Positions 60,874-64,000 of a stretch of DNA of 64,000 bases are shown here, in pieces; position 1 is the first letter of the stretch; every line of letters starts with the position of its first letter. The translations under genes were made by a program, and so were the position numbers. Under the pieces are notes generated by a model. The model worked only from the letters and a program-made list of their open reading frames with translations, ran no database searches and had not been told where the DNA came from. The stretch covers positions 2,825-66,824 of the forward strand of contig JBPCIX010000054.1 of the NCBI GenBank assembly GCA_051005875.1. Direction: 5' to 3'. Origin of the DNA: Actinomycetota bacterium. Lineage in GTDB: Bacteria > Actinomycetota > CADDZG01 > JAHWKV01.

Positions 60874-63336
60874 GTGAGCGATAACGGCGACGACGTGGTG
60901 GAACTCGGTCCGGGGGGACTGGAAGAGCCCCGCATGCAAACCGTCGATGTAGAGGAAGAGGTCCAGCGCTCATACCTCGATTACGCGATGAGTGTCATCG
61001 TCGGCCGAGCCCTTCCGGATGTTCGTGACGGTCTAAAGCCGGTCCACCGCAGGATTTTGTATGGTCTGCTCGCTGCGGGCATGCGGCCGGGGACCCCTTA
61101 CAAGAAGTGTGCCAGGATCGTCGGTGACGTAATGGGTAAGTACCACCCACACGGTGACTCGGCCATCTACGACGCCCTCGCCCGTATGGCCCAAGATTTC
61201 ACAATGCGCCACCCCCTGGTAGACGGCCACGGCAACTTCGGTTCAATAGACGGCGACCCGCCAGCCGCTATGCGCTACACCGAGTGCCGGCTGGCTTCTT
61301 TGTCATCTGAGCTTTTGCAGGGGATCGACGAGGACACTGTTGACTTCATTGCCAACTATGACGGCGAGGAAACGGAGCCCGTTGTTTTGCCGGCCCGGTT
61401 CCCAAACCTTTTGGTTAACGGCTCCACCGGCATTGCCGTGGGCATGGCTACGAACATTCCTCCCCACAACCTGGGCGAGGTTATCGACGGCACTATCGCG
61501 ATGATCGAGGACCCTGAGATCTCGTCGGCGGATCTCAGCAAGATCATCCTCGGCCCCGATTTTCCTTTGGGCGGAGTGATCCTTGGAAGAGGCGGGATCA
61601 AAGACGCATACGAGACCGGGCGGGGCTCGGTCAGGGTCCGGGGCAAAGCGGAGGTTGAAGAGACCAAGCGCGGCAACCGGATCGTCATAACCGAATTGCC
61701 CTACATGGCCTCGGGTGACCGATTGATCGAGAAGCTGGCCGACCTTGTGAATTCAAAGAAAATCACGGGCGTTTCAGGCGGGCGCAATGAAAGCAACCGC
61801 AAGGGGACCCGGATTGTTATCGATCTAAAACGTGACGCAATTCCGCAGGTCGTCATGAACAATCTCTACAAATTTACCCAGCTGCAAGATAGTTTTGGCA
61901 TGAACATGCTGGCCCTGGTCGAGGGCATTCCCCGCACGTTGCCGCTTAGGGAGTTCATCTCCAATTATCTGTTGCACCAGGTCGAGGTCATTACCCGGCG
62001 CACGGCCTACAGGCTCCGCAAAGCCGAAGAGAGAATGCACATTCTGGAGGGTCTGTTGATTGCTCTCGATCATCTGGACGAGGTGATCAAGTTGATCCGC
62101 GCAGCAGCCTCTGCCGACGACGCCCGAACCAAGTTGATAGCTACATATGAATTGACTGAGATTCAGGCGAACGCAATCCTGGAAATGCAGCTGCGTCGGC
62201 TCGCCGGCTTGGAGCGCCAAAAGATTCGCGACGAGGCGAAGGAACTCGCGGAAACGATCAAAGAATTGAAGTCGATTCTCAGCTCTCCCGCCCGGGTCAA
62301 GCGAATCATAAAAGACGAAGTGACGGCCATCAAGGAGAAGTTCGCCAATCCCCGCCGGACTGAGATCATCGCCGACGAAGCCGAGTTCGACATCGAGGAC
62401 CTGATCCCCGACGAGGACGTTGTAGTGACCATCACCCGCACCGGCTACATAAAACGGGTGAAGGCTGCAACGTATAAGACCCAGGGCAGGGGCGGCAGAG
62501 GGGTCATCGGCGGCAAGCCGAAAGAAGGCGACATCGTCCAGCATATGCTGACTACCACCAACCACGCCTTCATCATGATTTTCTCAAACCGGGGCAAGGT
62601 CTACCGGATCAAGGCTCACGTAATTCCCGAGAAGGAACGGACCTCCCGGGGAATCTCAATTCGGAATCTGTTGCCGTTTACAGAGGTAGAGTCGGTAGCG
62701 GCCGTAATCGACACAAGAGACTTCGAAGCTCACAAGTATCTGGTCATGGGCACGAAAAAGGGCATTGTGAAAAAGACCTTCTTCAACGCCTACAACTCAT
62801 CGCGCCGTGACGGCATAATCGCGATCAATCTTCGGCCCGAGGACGAAGTTGTGATGGTTCGAGCAACCTCGGGCGAGGACGAGCTAATCAGTGTCTCGAA
62901 GCGGGGTATGGCTATCTGCTTCGCCGAGTCCGACGTGCGCTCAATGGCCCGCCAGGCTTCGGGGGTCATCGGAATGCGGCTTTCTGAGGGAGACGAGGTC
63001 GTTTCGTTTGATGTCGTAGACCCCAACGGTGAGCTGCTGCTGATTACCGATGCAGGCTTCGGCAAGCGGACGTTGCTCGACAAGTATCCGCGTCAGCGCC
63101 GCGGCGGCAAAGGTGTGAAAACCGCAAAACTCACCGGACGGCGCGGGTCCATCCAGGGTGCCGGGGTCGTGAGAGTTGGTCATCAGGTGTTTCTTATTTC
63201 CAGCGATGGGCAAGTAATCCGCATGACAGTCAAGGACATTTCCCGCCAAGGCCGCGACACAACGGGCGTTAGGGTAATGCGCATGGCTCCGGGAGTTACA
63301 GTGGCGGCCATGGCGCCGGCGACCGAAGACGAATGA
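60874..63336 (+). CDS. gyrA: DNA gyrase subunit A (no intein)
   Basis: 820 aa. Contains [39 protein letters not shown] and the active-site region AAMRYTE. Confidence 0.97.
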   Translation: MSDNGDDVVELGPGGLEEPRMQTVDVEEEVQRSYLDYAMSVIVGRALPDVRDGLKPVHRRILYGLLAAGMRPGTPYKKCARIVGDVMGKYHPHGDSAIYDALARMAQDFTMRHPLVDGHGNFGSIDGDPPAAMRYTECRLASLSSELLQGIDEDTVDFIANYDGEETEPVVLPARFPNLLVNGSTGIAVGMATNIPPHNLGEVIDGTIAMIEDPEISSADLSKIILGPDFPLGGVILGRGGIKDAYETGRGSVRVRGKAEVEETKRGNRIVITELPYMASGDRLIEKLADLVNSKKITGVSGGRNESNRKGTRIVIDLKRDAIPQVVMNNLYKFTQLQDSFGMNMLALVEGIPRTLPLREFISNYLLHQVEVITRRTAYRLRKAEERMHILEGLLIALDHLDEVIKLIRAAASADDARTKLIATYELTEIQANAILEMQLRRLAGLERQKIRDEAKELAETIKELKSILSSPARVKRIIKDEVTAIKEKFANPRRTEIIADEAEFDIEDLIPDEDVVVTITRTGYIKRVKAATYKTQGRGGRGVIGGKPKEGDIVQHMLTTTNHAFIMIFSNRGKVYRIKAHVIPEKERTSRGISIRNLLPFTEVESVAAVIDTRDFEAHKYLVMGTKKGIVKKTFFNAYNSSRRDGIIAINLRPEDEVVMVRATSGEDELISVSKRGMAICFAESDVRSMARQASGVIGMRLSEGDEVVSFDVVDPNGELLLITDAGFGKRTLLDKYPRQRRGGKGVKTAKLTGRRGSIQGAGVVRVGHQVFLISSDGQVIRMTVKDISRQGRDTTGVRVMRMAPGVTVAAMAPATEDE

Positions 63337-63340
63337 GAGC

Positions 63341-63772
63341 GTGGCCGACCTTTCCCTGACGCCTTCCGAAGTTCCCGCCCCGCTGGCTGTTGAGGCCGGT
63401 GAGCTTGAACCCAGCGCGGGCCCATTGTTCCGCCGAACCATCAAGAATTTTACGCTGCCGCATCTAGCCAAGTTCGCAGCGGCCTTTTACGCGTCTTTGG
63501 CCGGTGCCTGGTTCCTGGCGATGATGCTGCTCTTTCTTGTCGCTAGGGTCACCGGTGTAATTGTTATGGTTCAGAGGTTCTTTCTCTCAATCAACATAGA
63601 ACTCGAACTCACCTGGTTCCAGGTGGCCAGGGTACTGCTCATAATGGGCACAGCTTTCACGTTGCTGATGACGGCGCTCACCTTGTTGGCGGCCTACCTG
63701 TTCAACCTGGTGTCCGACGTGTTCGGCGGTATTGAGGTGACCATGGGGCAAGAGGGCAAGCGGCAGGGTTAG
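63341..63772 (+). CDS. DUF3566-like membrane protein (Rv0007 position after gyrA)
   Basis: 143 aa with four hydrophobic segments. It follows gyrA by 4 nt. The call rests on synteny. Confidence 0.55.
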   Translation: MADLSLTPSEVPAPLAVEAGELEPSAGPLFRRTIKNFTLPHLAKFAAAFYASLAGAWFLAMMLLFLVARVTGVIVMVQRFFLSINIELELTWFQVARVLLIMGTAFTLLMTALTLLAAYLFNLVSDVFGGIEVTMGQEGKRQG

Positions 63773-63836
63773 CCCGCCCGGTCTGTACAATGGGTCCCTG
63801 CTGACCTCGCCGTTTCGAGCCGAGCCAGTGTGAAAA

Positions 63837-63910
63837 GGGGCCATAGCTCAGCTGGTTAGAGCGCAGCACTGATAATGCTGAGGTCCGTGGTTCGACTCCA
63901 CGTGGCCCCA
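63837..63910 (+). tRNA. tRNA-Ile (anticodon GAU)
   Basis: The GGGGCCA acceptor stem pairs with TGGCCCC. The D arm is GCTCAGCTGGTTAGAGC, the anticodon arm is CAGCA-CTGATAA-TGCTG and the T arm is CGTGG-TTCGACT-CCACG. CCA is not encoded. Confidence 0.92.
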
Positions 63911-64000
63911 CTTTAAATTTTTCACGTTTGCACCCGTAGCCTGTTCACGTTTGAGCCGGTGAGCAAGATAAAGGGATCGCGTCGGCCGTCTTTGGGGTCT

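Noticed and set aside
63921-64000. Direct repeat TTCACGTTTG x2 (63921, 63944) and a possible tRNA-Ala start at the window edge
   Set aside because: The repeat is short and unexplained. The final GGGGTCT cannot be evaluated as a tRNA because the window ends.

Overview
This window is the chromosomal replication-origin neighbourhood of a moderately high-GC bacterium. The gene order is typical of Actinomycetota and looks like a deep-branching lineage; the exact taxon cannot be determined from the sequence alone. The conserved backbone runs as follows. It starts with purA (5' end only), a thioredoxin-domain protein, ilvA, a SpoIID-like protein and a sigma-70 factor. Next come dnaK-grpE-dnaJ-hspR plus a GroES-like gene, then dcd, tRNA-Gly and dnaB. 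These are followed by rplI-rpsR-ssb-rpsF, a GT87 membrane protein and ponA, two membrane proteins, DUF5318, padR-ino1 and cca. Then come DUF6049, murJ, a Ser/Thr kinase, an ECF sigma/anti-sigma pair, trxB-trxA, cwlM, parB-parA-rsmG-jag-yidC-yidD-rnpA-rpmH, dnaA-dnaN-recF-DUF721(DciA)-gyrB-gyrA, DUF3566 and tRNA-Ile. Accessory material sits between these conserved blocks:

1. An operon of about 6 kb encodes a cyclic-nucleotide-binding protein, a two-domain blue-copper lipoprotein, a multi-TM GAF histidine kinase and a REC-LuxR-nucleotidyl-cyclase response regulator.
2. A cobalamin riboswitch precedes two surface-anchored proteins that together resemble a split transcobalamin (alpha/alpha-toroid plus DUF4430). 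An orphan pilT lies next to them.
3. A vapBC-like toxin-antitoxin pair is present.
4. An Rdx/SelW-family gene is absent from the ORF track because it carries an in-frame TGA in a CxxU motif, with a SECIS-like hairpin downstream.

Other points:
- rpmH is missing from the ORF track because it is under 60 aa.
- rpsR and vapC have conserved N-termini that are only reachable from CTG starts.
- Several coding regions contain perfect tandem repeats.
- A 23-bp duplication flanked by G7 tracts sits in the anti-sigma gene.
- The SSB has no acidic C-terminal tip.
- The GroES-like protein ends in a proteasome-activator-like GLYL motif.

All functional calls come from reading the supplied translations and the DNA by eye. 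No database search was run, and start codons are often uncertain in this GC-rich sequence.
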